Assembly: GCA_024704765.1 (NCBI GenBank)
Contig: JAKMXF010000332.1
Coordinates: 900,060-964,059 of the forward strand
Direction of reading: 5' to 3'
Length of the DNA stretch: 64,000 bases
From: Oopsacas minuta
Lineage: Eukaryota > Animalia > Porifera
The notes below the pieces were generated by a model. It was not told where the DNA came from. It saw nothing but the letters and a program-made list of their open reading frames with translations, and did not search any database. Shown piece after piece: positions 38,486-52,746 of this stretch (its first letter is position 1; each line of letters starts with the position of its first letter). The position numbers and the translations under genes were made by a program.

Positions 38486-41400
38486 TGGTAACTTCATGTG
38501 ACTTTGAAATCTAAGGGTGGCATAAATTAAATCAGCTGGGCAAAACTACTGTAGGGGTCGAAATTACCGCGCTCAGAGCCTCCTTTTGTTCCATTCGAAA
38601 AGTGACTCGAAATATATCTTGAATCAATCACATGGTTCACAGTTTGTTTCCATGACTTATCTGGATTCTATGGAATATATTTACATCTATTTTAGATAAT
38701 GCTATCGTACTAAGTCTTAAGTAGTACATTCAAATATTTTTGTACTTTGGAGATCCCAAAGCCCCTCAATATCCCACCCTCCAGTTAATTCCAACTCCCT
38801 GTTTATTCGGACCCCTAGAGTAGGTTATGACTATAGTGCCGGCAACGACACAAATATTCATAAAGTGTCGGCAACGGCACATTATGGATAAATACCTGGG
38901 TGGTGGAAATTTTCTTCTGAATGTATAGGCAGCTAAAAAACCAATTCGCCACTCCAACACCGCAAAGCCTGTCTCTAAATGACTAATTCCACTTCTAAAG
39001 GTGTAATAGTCACAAATTTATTGGAAATTCACGTACAACAACTTAAGTTCTGGCTCAATATTCTCTAAACTACATCCAAGCCTGCTGCCGCTGTCACATA
39101 GTCAATTTCCCCTTTCGTATTTATCCGGGTGGGCCAAAACTATATAGGAATTTTCCCACTCGGGAAAATACTACATATTATTCTTCCCCCTATCACAAAT
39201 TTCAATTTTACTAATCACATTTGATCGAAATGGCTATTAATTCTGCATAAAATTTGATTACAGATAATAGAAAGTACCAATGCTGCAGATCTAATGTGAA
39301 AAATCTAAAGAGAGGAATAAATCATAAAAATTCGAAGAACTATTCTCGAAGGAATTATAGTCAAATCCATAGAACAACAACTGCGTAGAAATATATTTAT
39401 AACTATCACGAAACAAAGGCTATTATCTCCCGTATTTCACAAAAATTACAGGAGATGATAGCCGAATTCGTTGATATTTCATACTAAAAACAACAATTAG
39501 TAAGAATTGTCAACTTGTTTAACAAAATCTTTGAATAGGGTGAGCTTTACTATCCTGATAATTTCACCATTAGCTGGATTTATACACATTCAACATTTGT
39601 TCCATAAGTAGTCAATTGTGGCAGACTGATATAATGGACACAATTAATATTGGAGTTAGCACTACAGTGGGCAACCGTTAAGCACGTGCAATGATGTCAA
39701 AAACGATTTTCACTTTATACAAATATCTGATCTGACTTCCTCTCAACGGGTACATAGTAAAAAGGTATGCTGAATGCGAATTTATCACTTGATTATTTGT
39801 CATTTTGCCATTTGTAGTTTATTTTTATTTTCTTTGATACTTTTATATGGCAATCGAATAAACCAGCCCAAGCCTTCGCTTGGAAGCATTTGATCATCCC
39901 AAAATACTTCGGTCCACCCGCTGAGAAACTGGTTGCTCAGGTAACTCAGGGTTGGGGTCGATAAAGTTGCTATATCCTTAAGTTTGAAGCTATCCTCACA
40001 AAGGAACCATTTCTAAATATTAAGATGAAAATATTTAAGGAAATATACTTCGATAGCCTAGTCCAAACAGAAATTGATCACGGTTGCGAAATATTGGGCT
40101 ACTGTTGTAAAAAATTCCAAAATGATTTATATAATCCAAAAAATTTTGGGAGATATATCCTCAAGGCCATGTATACAAAATTATTTGTTTTTCGTCCGGA
40201 TTTCTAATTGTTTTCATTATTGTAGTTATTTACGCGTCTAGTGAATTTTGTACAAATAATTGTTTCGAAATATTTTGAAAAGTATTTTGGACATGAGTTA
40301 ATTAAAATCTATTTACTTTTATGATGCTACGAGGGAGCGTAGCGAGAGACAAGACAAAATTAGAGTTTCCAGAGGTGTGGAAATTCACACACTTTTAGAA
40401 TTACAATGGTTAACGAAGAAATTCTCAATGGTCCTTGAAGCTCCTTTACCTTGCCCTGCTTCGGGCCTGTATGCCATTCTTACCATATTCTGAAATTTTC
40501 ACATATCTCTAAAACTTATTGCGGAATCTCTAAAACAGAGGACGGCCAGCTTTGAGCCTGCGGGCCAAATTGAAGTATTTGGTTTATTACCCGTCCGATC
40601 AAAACAGACTTTTATACGAACGAACCAACTATCGAATTATCGTATTGCAATTCAAATAATATCTATTTTATGTTAAAATATTTGGCATAATTTCCTATTC
40701 ATATTTTAGTTACCTATCATAACCTATTCAATTCTCTGAACAGAGGCACAAATTCTTATCAGATTATTGTCGTATATAACTATCAACCGTTGCAAATAAA
40801 TAACTGGACCAAGTGGGAGAATTCTCTGGACATTTCTAACGCGGTCGCAATCAAATTTTTCATCCACTTCCAGCTCGCTCGTATTATACAAATACTATAA
40901 AATGTATTGAATCATTTAGATAAACTATTACAATGGAAAGAGTTTGTGTTCAGGCATAATCAGTGGATAATGTGGACGTCAAGATCATACCAGTCATATA
41001 CATATTCAAGAATATTTATGGATAATTGGACAAAAAACACATCTATTAATTGATCAATGGAGTCGCTACTCCCAAGCGCTTCGTTATAACTTTAGTTAAC
41101 GATATAGTATATTATATAAGTTAGTGGTATTATTTTGAATGTACATAAAATGGTACTGTAAGCTAACTGAATATCATATCCATCATATCAAATCATAGCA
41201 AATGAAATAAATGATTTGACAATTCCACAAGGCTGAATAAATCTGCGTTCAGGATATTCCGCTTAGCGGGTCTAGGGTAATCAACCCCTGCTCTAAGATG
41301 ACTGGGTTTCAGGATTACGTTACATTTGTAAGAGTAATAATAGCAAAATGTATTACAAAGGTATGCAAAGTCTGACATATAGAAAAAATTGGATACTGAT

Positions 41401-42206
41401 TGGACAATAACTTTAAGAATTATCGATTTTAATTAGATATTCAGAAATATTGGCGACCTTTTTCTTTATTATTGTAACTCTAGCCACTTTTGTATTGCGA
41501 ATATTTTAGATATTTTGTGTATAAGTATCTTTGGATCATTTCATATCACTTTGAAGTGAATATCCAATATTTAACGTTTTCTAACACATCAAAAAATGCC
41601 ACATTTTATCAAATTTATGCTTGCTAAACACATATTTTGCAACCATCCTGAGATTTCTTTATACTTAATTGTTTATTAAGTATAAAGAAATTTCAACAAA
41701 TGTGTAACACAATTATCCGTGCATCAATCTACTTAAGTTTATGTACTGTATAGGTGTTATAATCACAGATATACTGCTCTTCTGAATTTCAGTAATTATT
41801 TCAAAGTGGAATTATCCAAATAATCATGAAACATCTCTATAGAAATTGGATGAATATCCAGTATATAATCTGCGAACATAATAACGAATTATCTATAAAT
41901 TCAGATTTTTCTATTTGGTCATCACTCAATGTTTAATAATATTTCACAATTTCAATGAGTATATAATGCAATTATTGTTTTATCAGCTATTGTTTGGCCT
42001 GTTTATATATCCATTGTAATTACTTGACGAACTCAAACTTTTCTATCTATAAGTTTTATGGAATTCATTATCTGTGTATAAAATAATATGATTATACTTA
42101 AGTTGTCATTATGTTTACTTGTTTGCATAAATTTATCCTAAACAAGCGATAAATCACATATTGAACTTGTTAACTCACGTAGTAATCTAAATAACCATTG
42201 TATATA

Positions 42207-42373
42207 CAGTAGAACTCGGATAAGGTGTACTCCCTCGGGAAATGAAATTTTCTTAAGAATGTCTTATCCGAGTATTCTTCTCATACTATTTGTACAAGAA
42301 TTGATAAACCGTCGGGAGAAACTAGGTACTAACCGAGAGTACGTCTTAAGCCGAGTGGTAATGATTTCTACTG
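42207..42373. mobile_element. Tigger/pogo-like MITE immediately upstream of NDUFS3
   Basis: TA|CAGTAGAACTCGGATAAG ... CTTAAGCCGAG(TGGTAATGA)TTTCTACTG|TA. Confidence 0.8.
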
Positions 42374-42396
42374 TAATCTTTTTTATAGTTTTTTAT

Positions 42397-43101
42397 ATGT
42401 TGATACTCCCTCTACGAGTATTTTCCCGTTTGAAACCGATCTGTTTTTCCCGATATTCATCAATTGTTTTCCGAAATTCACTTACTCTTTCAACCTCTCG
42501 TGGTAAATATTTCTCAGGAAATTCTCTCTCTATTTATGGCTCATTTGTGCAAGAAATGTTGCCGCGATTTGTTCAACAAACTCGCCTGTCGAATGAACAT
42601 GAATTAGAGATATTAATTGACCCGGATGGTGTTATTCCTGTTTTGATGTTTCTCCGTGATAATCACAATTGTCAATTTTGTCAGCTTTTGGATATTACAG
42701 CGTTAGATATTCCTACAAGGAAATTCAGGTTTGAAATTGTTTATATTTTGCTTTCAATACAATTCAACGCTCGCATTAGAGTAAAGACTTATACTGATGA
42801 GTTGACTGCAATGGATTCTGTAACTTCCTTGTATACTTCTGCTAATTGGGCAGAGAGAGAATTGTGGGACATGTTTGGTATATTCTTTAATGATCACCCA
42901 GATCTGAGAAGAATTTTGACAGATTATGGTTTTGAGGGTCATCCATTTAGGAAAGATTTCCCGTTGTCTGGTTTTGTAGAAGTTCGGTATGATGCTGAGG
43001 TGAAAAGAGTGGTGTGTGAACCTTTAGAATTAAGTCAAGAATTCAGAAAATTCGAACTACTTGCACCTTGGGAACAATTCTCAAAGCACTCCAGATTGTG
43101 A
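42397..43101 (+). CDS. NDUFS3: NADH:ubiquinone oxidoreductase core subunit S3 (30-kDa subunit), single exon, 234 aa
   Basis: R/S/L-rich presequence-like N-terminus, then [34 protein letters not shown]...RIRVKTY...[11 protein letters not shown]...[26 protein letters not shown]. The start at 42397 is inferred because the ORF-track start 42259 lies inside a MITE. Confidence 0.93.
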   Translation: MLILPLRVFSRLKPICFSRYSSIVFRNSLTLSTSRGKYFSGNSLSIYGSFVQEMLPRFVQQTRLSNEHELEILIDPDGVIPVLMFLRDNHNCQFCQLLDITALDIPTRKFRFEIVYILLSIQFNARIRVKTYTDELTAMDSVTSLYTSANWAERELWDMFGIFFNDHPDLRRILTDYGFEGHPFRKDFPLSGFVEVRYDAEVKRVVCEPLELSQEFRKFELLAPWEQFSKHSRL

Positions 43102-45329
43102 AGATTACCTACGAGTACTCATGTAGATAGTTTCATACATGGTGCAATATGATTTTCATTATATCTATATGTATTATCCGAAAACTGCAAGTTGTACTTT
43201 GCAGGATACATATAACTAACATATATATACATTACCCTTCGTTATAAATTTAAGTATAATTGTTACGGTAACATTGATATTTATCTTAGCAAGCAATATT
43301 TCCTTCATCTGAGTAGCTCGCCACATAATAATATCTTCGTGCCCGTGGAAATGACACTTCGTGTGCGTCTTGAATAAAAATGGGTCTATCCTATGTTTAT
43401 TCGTTTGAACCCTAATTATTGTTTGTTCGAATTAATTGAGCAACCGTTATGGCATCGGACCGGATGCTAATTTGTCCGAATGGGCTAAATCTTTCACGTT
43501 CCGACATTTTTTACCATTATAATTTATATTGCCTCTCAAAAGTGATAGACAATATAGTCGCTAATCTCTCGTATCACTTTGACAAGTAACAGAACTGAAG
43601 GTTATGAAATTGAAGAATTTCATTTATTTTCGTATGTGCCATTTAACGTTACGTAGCCCTTCCAAATGTGGAGGGGGCAACAACAATGTTGCACCCTGTA
43701 TGTTGTCTGATTGCATCATTTATTGTAGGCTTAGCTATACATAATATGCTTCGTTAAAAATGTATGAATTGAGATTACCGTATTTCCTTGACTAGTAGTC
43801 AGGGCGATTATTTATTTCAAGCCCCTTATTAGGGAAGTTACGATCTTGGTAAACATGTAAACTCTGCATAATCATACCTATTGATGTATGTCATGTGTTT
43901 TGATCATAACTAACAGTATATACACCAATACCCGGGGAATAAATATTCATTGTAGGCTGTTATGATTCTTAGCATCCCTCAAGGGCGATATTCGGAGAGT
44001 TACTATTCAAGGAAGTAAGGTATATGATACAAAAACACTTCAAATTTGCCACCCCATCCACTTGTGATAGGTTTTATGTTCAGTAGATATGCTTTATAAT
44101 TTAATGGAACCGATAAAGTATGGTCTCCCAGACTGCCACGTTTGAACTCCCCATTACGAAAAATAATTTTAATTTTGTAATCTTATCACCTTCTGCAAAT
44201 GTTCATGTTTTTGGATAGGGAATATTCATTTTCACTGCTTGAATTATGCCGGACCATCTAATAAGTCAACGAGATATGCTCTGCATAATTCGAAATATAC
44301 ATAATGGTGTAACACGGACCCGTAGAATTCAATATGCTAGCAGAATTGTTACATCTCAATGAGTTTTGCGCAATTAGGAATTGAATATGTAATTAGTTCA
44401 TTAGTTATTTTATGAGCCACTTGTGGCTATAAAAGATCTTATTATAAAAATTTTTCAAGGATTTAGGCAGGATAATTGATCAATCAGGTTTGAGGGTTTA
44501 TCATTTAGTATCATATTGGATTACAGTTGATACACCATAGGCTATTTAGGAATATACCGTAAGATAATATGTTTGATATTTTTTGGTTCCACAAAGCTAC
44601 AATACATTGACATATTACAATGCAATTAATCAGTATATATATATATATCCACTACACACTTCGCTTGCTAGGTCATTGCACAACTGCTTAGCGCTCCAGA
44701 TTAGCTTAAGTATTAATGAAACAGTTAAATTTTATTCTGTTTTTTGGTCGCAACGCTACAGAATATCCTCACTACCATGTGTCCCATATTCACAAAATAG
44801 CTGATATTTTAAGATTATATTATCCATTGCCTATCCAAATTACATTCAATGGCCTTCTGTGGTGACACTGAAGATGCTGTGTCGCTTTGGTATAGTACTC
44901 TCTGCACTTCATCCCTCTGTTATTATTAGGAAATTCTGAAAATTTTGATTGTTTTGTACAGTCATGATGCGTAATAATCCCATGATAAGCTAGCTTTTGG
45001 TTATAATTATGACGTCAGTGCATTTGTCCTGATGAAGGGCACCTGTGATTCAAATTCAAAGGTCTATCATGTATATTGACTCGACAGTAGGTAATAATGT
45101 GATTTTTCAAAAATCCAAAATGGTGACAATAACGTTGTAATTTCGTTATAGGTGTGAATTTCGTCCAACACTCGAACTTGTCCATAGCAGGTTGCTCCTC
45201 GAGGTATACATTATTCTCCAAATTGACGGCCCCTTTGAGTATTTTAATATAGATATATTTAGGACAATGTAATTCACAAATATACCTATATGGCATATAT
45301 ATTATTGAATTATTTTGTAATTTCAACCC

Positions 45330-45990
45330 TTTGTAGCTGTGACAGCAAATATCTTTTGCTAATTTGTTCCTTTGTATTCATAAAAACAACAATATATTTA
45401 CATATGAGAAATATGAAAATGCGAAATTCAAATTCAGCGTACTCAGTTATCCTTGTGTATCCGTTTAGAGCAAGCCTATTCATTAAACTACAATATAGTT
45501 ACCTTCCACGGACAAACTAACAGACTAACAATAATTGAGATTTAATAATATAGAAGTTGTTTACAATATCATATTCGGACTCAACACACTCGATTACTTC
45601 ACTATACCTATTGAAACCATGTTTCTACCACAATTTTGAAATTTGTTTACTTTATATTCATAAAAACAACAATAAATTTACATATGAGAAACTTTAATGC
45701 GAAATTATGATTCAGCGTACTTAGTTACCCTGGGTAGCCGTTTAGAGCAAGCTTGTGCGGATATTTGAGATTTGAATAATTTATTTGTTTACTATATATT
45801 CATAAAAACAATAGTAAATTACATATGATTATCCAAAAGTGAGAAATTCAGCATGCTCGACACATTTAGTGAAGTTTTATTTGAATTCGATTTACTTCCT
45901 TGATAAACACGTATACCGTAAATCCTTTCCTTGACAACGGACAAATAAACAAACAGACAAACAAGAATTGAGGTTAAATATTATAAATAT
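45330..45990 (+). repeat. Degenerate tandem array (three units) with ACGGACAAA...ACAGAC tails, HINE/Helitron-like
   Basis: TATTCATAAAAACAA...ACATATGA recurs near 45375, 45654 and 45795; CGGACAAA.TAACA..CAGAC near 45510 and 45940. Confidence 0.55.
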
Positions 45991-48786
45991 ACAGATTAAT
46001 TGCTTTTGAATAATAGAGATGTATGTATGTACGTATATATTTATATATATACATGTTTGTATGTCCAGAATTGATTAAAGAACTAGCGGACCCCCAAGGC
46101 TGATTTTTGGCATTCAGGGGTATTTGGGCCTGGCTCGGACAAGTTCGAATCTTGGATGAAAATCACACCTATGACAAAATTATGTGGTCATTGTCACCTT
46201 TTTGATTTTCAAAAATCACATTACTCGCCACTGCTCAGCCAATAAACATGGAAGTTTTAAATTTTAATCACAGGTATACCTCAATATGCCAAATATCCTG
46301 ACGTCATCACTTTGACCAAATGCTAACTGGGGATAATTATATGTCATCATGACTGTACAAAAGCTCTAAATTTCCCTAATTTCGAATTTTTGAGAATTTT
46401 ATAAAGCAGGCACAGTGGGTTACTAGAGTGAATTCTGCAAAATTTCTTAAAATTGATTAGCACGTGAAATATTATACGCATTCATTGAGGAACATATGGA
46501 AATTGTATGCATCGCTCATTTTTCTGTTATTATGGATATCAGATTATATATTTGGTTATAGAATAGGGCTATAAATATATATTTTAAAAAATTATTAATT
46601 GGTAACCCATCTGGTTTAAAATATTCTTCAAACTATGGAGATTATGGGAAATTTTCTAGTTTCCAGTGTGAAATTCCACCCTAATCTATTGCAGTATAGC
46701 GAAGTTATTAAACTATATACATATTCGCAAACTAACTATGTAAAACAATACCTAGTCACTTGGGCTAAAATAAAATATTTCAAGTTTGATTTAAATAATC
46801 CAATTATATAGTCTCTATTACCTACTATCAGTCAAAAGAAACTAAAGAAGTGATTAAAAACAAATATCTAGTGAATATATGCCGCTCTAACTGATGGTTG
46901 AGAGGGGAGAAAGTCGGATGCTGCCCTGTTATTCATTATTGCTATAAAATATTTTAAGAAAACACGAAAAATTTAATTCAGAAAAATGTGAAATTTCAAA
47001 AAAATGTCAACAGGTTCAGATAGAAATCGAAAGATGGTCACCGTCGCGTAATTTCGCGCTCCCCTGGAAATTATGTTAAATTAAAGCTAATGGATTTAGC
47101 TTTCATTTAAAACATTAATCATTTGCCCACGGTATATTTCTGCACTATATCTACAAAATACAATTTGTCCTAACACGCCGAAAACTAATGGAAACTATTT
47201 TGCGAAATTTCTTCAGTACTGAGAACCAAGATACATGAAAGAAATACATCTAAGTGCATATATTCAACATTGAAATAACAAAATTTGCTTACTGTCACTT
47301 TACTACAATTACACTTGTGTGGGTACTACAAATATTATGTGCTATTTGGCCTCAATGAATATACATTCCATTAGAGCAGAATTACTCAACTATCTGATGA
47401 CATTGAAGTCTCTAAATTTGTCTGACTATGTTTTAGAGGGTGGGGATTTAGTTAAAACAAAATTATTCAGATCTGTATACATCAAAATTTTACCCTTATT
47501 CCATTCATTTGCCCACTGCACTACATCATTATAAGGTTGAAGTCTCATTAAATGATATCATAATATTTACATGCTCAAATAGATAATTAATTACACACAC
47601 CACCTTATCCTTTTGTAATAGCTGATCAATTATTAATTCGTAAAACCTTCTTGACCTGGCTTTCATATTGGAAAAATTGACTTTGATATCCATCTAACAG
47701 TTCAAGAAATAATATCAGTCCTCATTCTTGAGGAAGATTGGAAACTTTTGTATTCTCGATGGTCTATAAAATTTCTAAGAGCTTCAAGAAAAGTAAAAAG
47801 TCAGTAAATAAACAAGACGGGAGTGGTGGGGTGTTAATATTCCATGAAGGATTGTGAAACCTCAGGTTACCAGTAAGCATATTCGCTCTGGTATTGATTT
47901 CGAATTCAAAATCGAACCAGAAATTGAGAGGAGAAAGTCCTTAGACGAGCTTCAAATCAGGTTGGATCAGATTGGGATATTAAGTTCTATCCGCCAATAA
48001 GCATCACTTGAAAATATTCCAGTTATTCCGTATATTGCAATGCTCTAGTATATTGTAGCAATTAAATCTGGTTGAAATATATTGCAAACATTGCCTGGAA
48101 AATCTATACTGGAGAAGAATTAGAATATGTAATGAGAAGGTTTCCCCTTAATGTTACTTTTATAGATTATTATCTTAAACTGGGAAGGATCAAATAAACA
48201 GAGCAGAGGCATTATCTTAAATCTGATGGTGTAAATCTGTCTACTTGGGAACAAATTCCCTTGTTCAGAAACTCTATTGCTCTATTGTACCAACATTTAA
48301 TTGGTATACAAATAATTCAAACCTTTAGGTATTTATCATACATCTCTCATGTAACTTCTCTCTTTAATCCAATAATGGAAATGTGACAACCCAAGTACCA
48401 GCACCACACTGTTATCCTTTAAATTTCCAAGTAAAACATGGGGTAGATTGTTCCTGAACCCTTCTTCATCTAACCTCCTTTCTGACTGGAATATTAACCG
48501 TTCATACACATAATTTTCATATTACCACCGATTTAGGTTTCGGAACTTCTGGGAAAATTGACATCTAAATTCAGCCTTTTCCAATCAACCAGTTGCATTA
48601 ATTTGTCGAAAAGAGAATATTGACTTAGTAACAGAATTGTATCACTTAATCAACTCTGAAATCGGTTCATTTCACCATAATGGTTTTGATACCACAAATG
48701 GTCAACTCAATAGGTCGATTATAGCCTCAATATTCGATGGAAGATCATTGTCAGTGATGACATGAAAGGGTGATCAGAGATTCATA

Positions 48787-49500
48787 CAGGGGATTGTAGG
48801 GGGGGCAAGTGCCCCCCCTCGAAAAAACCCACTTAAACAAAGAATTTTTAATAAATTTATTTAATATACAACAAAGAAACAGCAAGTCTATCAAATTCAT
48901 CTAAACAACAATACGTCTTGGTTTACTGTTCTAAATGTCAACGATTTTTCTAGATCAGTTTCCGTAAGCTCATTCAGTGACTCTATTGCTATTTTCATGT
49001 GATCAGATAGGCTGTCTAGTGACAGCTGGCTCCTTACTCTTGTCTTTATTTGTTTCAATTGTGAGAAACTCCTTTCCATAGAAGCAGTGCTCACAGGAAG
49101 AGTAGGGCATATTTCTCCCAGCTTGCTTAAATTTGGATAGAATGCTTTAATCGCATCGTTGATTACAAGTTCCTTTAGTTGAATAGTCATGTCATCCCGC
49201 GTAAAGTAGCAAGAAACTTCTTGTAACTTGTCCACTCTGAATGAAGATGGCTCGAAATGATTCTCTAGTACATTCTTCACCACTTAACTTTTCAGCAGGC
49301 TTCTCTGTGCCATAGTGGGCAAGGAGCACTTCTACTTAGTCTTTTCCATCAGAGCATAATGCAGTGGATTCAATGCTCGCAAACTGAATAGATTATAAAG
49401 GAAGAGCAGATGCACAGCTGTAGATGAAGCGAAACGCCTCTCAATATTATCTCGAAGATGACAGATGAAATTCTATCTGGACCTGTTGGCATTTTTTGAA
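48787..49500 (-). mobile_element. hAT element 3' part with dimerisation domain and terminus
   Basis: ORF 48897-49283 contains LPVSTASMERSFSQLKQIKTRVR. End CAGGGGATTGTAGGGGGGGCAAGTGCCCCCCC at 48787. Confidence 0.82.
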
Positions 49501-49547
49501 ATTTCACATTTTTCTAAATTTCCCTTTTTTTGATTATTCTTAAAATA

Positions 49548-50671
49548 CAATCGGCGTTCAGAAAGTTCCCGACCCTACCCCATATTTTTGTAACTATACA
49601 GAATATGCATGTACCATTCTTATATTTTCTCGAAATAATCACCATTAACGTCTATGACTCGTTGTAGACGTTCTAGCCATTTAAAAGAATACATTTTTAT
49701 AGTATCCAGGCGGGATGTATTTTTTTAGGGATCTCCAAATTGCGTTCCCTAGGTCGATTCTGGTATCAAAATGGCTGCCTGCAATGTCCCTTTTCAACTT
49801 TGCAAAGAGCCAGAAATCACAATGAGCGAGGTCAGGTAAGTAAGGGGTGATCTAGCTCAACAACTTTCATTATATCCAACTCTGACTTTACGAGCTTGAT
49901 TTTATGTGATCGTGCAATAATCGCATGCCCCGCAGTCCAAACTTTGGCCTCCGCCCCCAGTAATGTTTATCTACTTCTGAGAGGCAACTGTTAGCATAAA
50001 GTCCCCGGTAGTTGTTTTCCTTTTGGTATTATAATCTGGGCAACTGGGCCATGTGCATCAAAGAAAATTGAGTACATGACCTTCTGATCTTTGAAGTCCG
50101 GCCTAGGATTGAGAGGAGGCGCCTCACCTTTTACGACCCATACCTTATTTCTTTCTTTGGATAGTGGCTCGTCGTATCTTATCCAAGTCTCGTCGCCAGT
50201 AATGATTTCTGCTAGCCATCTTGGATCCTAGTATTTTTACTAGAGAGCATTTACTTGCACAAGTTACCCGACGGTCTTTTGGTCCTTTGTAAGGAAATGC
50301 GGTATCCATCTAGAACAATTTTTGCTAACTTTCAGCTCATCGATAAGTATGGAATGAACAGCTCCCGTTAAGATCCCTACACTCATAGCTATTTCCTCAA
50401 CAGTGATTTGAGGATCTTCTTCCACTCTCCAGCGAATTTCAGAGGTGTTACTGCTAGTGACGGCGGATCTGAGACCCCCGATTCGTTCCTCATCTTCCAG
50501 TGACTCTCGTCCTTCAAGAAACTGATTGGCCCACTCCTTCACAATAGGTTATGGAAGGCTAGCATCTCCATTAACGATTTCCAAGTCAAAGAGAATATCT
50601 TTCGGGGCAATAACAAGAAGCGGGGGAATTTTGATATAGGATGTTTGCTCGAATTTCAAATTTGAAACCAT
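49548..50671 (-). mobile_element. mariner-family transposon relic
   Basis: HTH region and SRWIPHFL, IITGDETW, degenerate PDLAPCDF-type motif; one end TA|CAATCGGCGTTCAGAAAGTTCCCGAC; other TIR not found. Confidence 0.85.
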
Positions 50672-50863
50672 AAATACTGGAAAATACAAGATTAGTCATC
50701 AGAAGTAAATTGCATATTCTTGCTGAATAATGACAAGTCAAGTAATGAATCTAATTGTAACACCATTCATTAAGTTCTTTAATAGTCATTAAAAACAACG
50801 TTATATACTTTATACCAATTATTCAGCCCCAAAATGTATTTTACAATAACTTCAACTTAATTA

Positions 50864-52746
50864 ATGGCTAGTAGAAGATTCCCAAAATACAAGAACACTC
50901 CAATATTCCAGATAGTTTAGATGACAAATTCAAAGCGAAATGTAAATATTGCCATGAAGAGATTTCAGGTTCTCTGAGGACAACAACAAACTTTATCAAT
51001 TACATAAACGTTGCCATTCAATAAAGTATGAGGAATCCATTAGTCAAAAAGAAAAAAGACCGAAATTCAGCAGAAAGTTAACTTACTAGCCAAATTGGCT
51101 AAAGAGTATCCATCTCATGTTTCACATCAATATTATGTTACAGATGAACTTATAAGCTTTGTCACTGGAGATCTGATGCCACTTTCGGTGAGAGAGCCAA
51201 CAAAGGTTTCGCAATCTTATCTTTAAGTTAGTTATCAAATACCTAGCAGAAACCGTTTGTCGACTAAGCTATTAACAGAAAGCTCCAATGAGATACAACA
51301 ACCACTTTTGAAAAAACTTGGACAAGTTAAAAGTATTGCTCTCATCACTGATCTCCGGTCAAACAGAAAAATGAAGCGCTACATAGGTATTACATGTCAC
51401 TCACCTTTAACCGTCAAATAATTTATAGTTGTGTGTCACAGGTTTTTAGGGAGGCATACCGCCTGTAATATTAATGAAATATTCCAGGAAATCATCGCTT
51501 CATTTAAAATACAGAATACAATCTCATCTATCATCACTGACAATGCTTACAGTATGGTGAATGCATTCAGCAACTTTGCTTGGATTTGTATGTCAATAGG
51601 AGGAATCCGATAATAGTGATATCAAGGATGATAATTCATTGAGTCAAATTTCCTGCTCTGCTTCCACCAGTTCGCAATTCTGGTTTCGCACACCCTGCAG
51701 CTGTTGGAAAAAGATGGTATTAATAATGCTGATGTATTCACGTTGGCTATTTCAAAAGTATCTCAATTATATCATATATACACACTTGCATTCCTGCAGA
51801 TATACCATTAAATGAAATCGGCCACCGTCAAGTGTGCCCACTTGTTGGACTTCACAAATCATTATGATTAAATCACTTCTCTAGTTAGATATAGAAAAAC
51901 TAAACACTCAAAACTGCAAAGTTAGCATTCTATGAACTCAACTCCTTTGGGGGATTTGCTTAAATTCTTTCTCCTTTTGGGGAAGCAACAAAGATTGCCT
52001 AGATTGAGAATGTAGTATCCTCCAGTTGGGTTATCCCATGCATTAGAGGCTTGCGAGTTCAAATGGTGACACTTTGCCGTAAAATATTCTAATGGCCATT
52101 TAAGAGAACTTACAGATTCACTCGAACGTCGCCTTTCTAAGTATGAATCTGGGGATATATACAAAATAGCTAGAACACTAGATTCTAGATTTAACCTTGA
52201 AGTGGTGCAAGGATAGAATGGCAAGGATCTCATAAAAGGTTAAATTTTTGTTTAGAGGGTTGAAGTTTAATTGAACAAGTATACCGTACCTGTGATATTC
52301 GAATGTCAGGATGAACTACCAATGTAAAAAGAACAAATTGACTTTTGTTTATGGAATCAGATGATGAAGAAGCAGCATTTACATATACTGATGAAACAGA
52401 ACTGAGCGATTATCTCAACAAACCTAGCGTTCCACTAGTGCTGATGTTGCTGAAAATTGCTAAATATTTTCGAACCAACAGTTAGAGTTTGTGGTATGTG
52501 TTTTAACGACTTTTCAGTGTCGCTGGAAAGATTTATCGCCCCGATAGATGTAATCTATCTGGCAAAACTTTGAAACACTGATATTCATTATGGGCAACAT
52601 GCAATAGTTAGTAATTTAGCTTTATAGTTGTGTTAATATAATATTTGAAACAGGTAAATTGAATTTGATAAAGAAAACTATGTGTACTTAAGTACTTAAC
52701 CTGACTTGTACTTAAGTACTTGCAAAAGTGCTTGAACCTAACCCTG
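50864..52746 (+). mobile_element. Ac/ZBED-like hAT element relic
   Basis: BED finger KAKCKYCHEEISGSLRTTTNF, then HRFLGRHTACNI...SIITDNAYSMV, FAHTLQL. Right end (-) CAGGGTTAGGTTCAAGCAC with GTACTTAAGTAC repeats. Confidence 0.8.

Noticed and set aside
42259-42396. ORF-track start of the 280-aa NDUFS3 ORF
   Set aside because: It lies inside or next to a TA-flanked MITE; the presequence-like region begins at 42397.
45330-45990. Repeat array considered as CRISPR-like
   Set aside because: Units are long, degenerate and lack unique regular spacers; the context is eukaryotic with no cas genes.
47690-48330. Coding-like degenerate patches on the plus strand
   Set aside because: Fragmented by stops; I could not assign a family.
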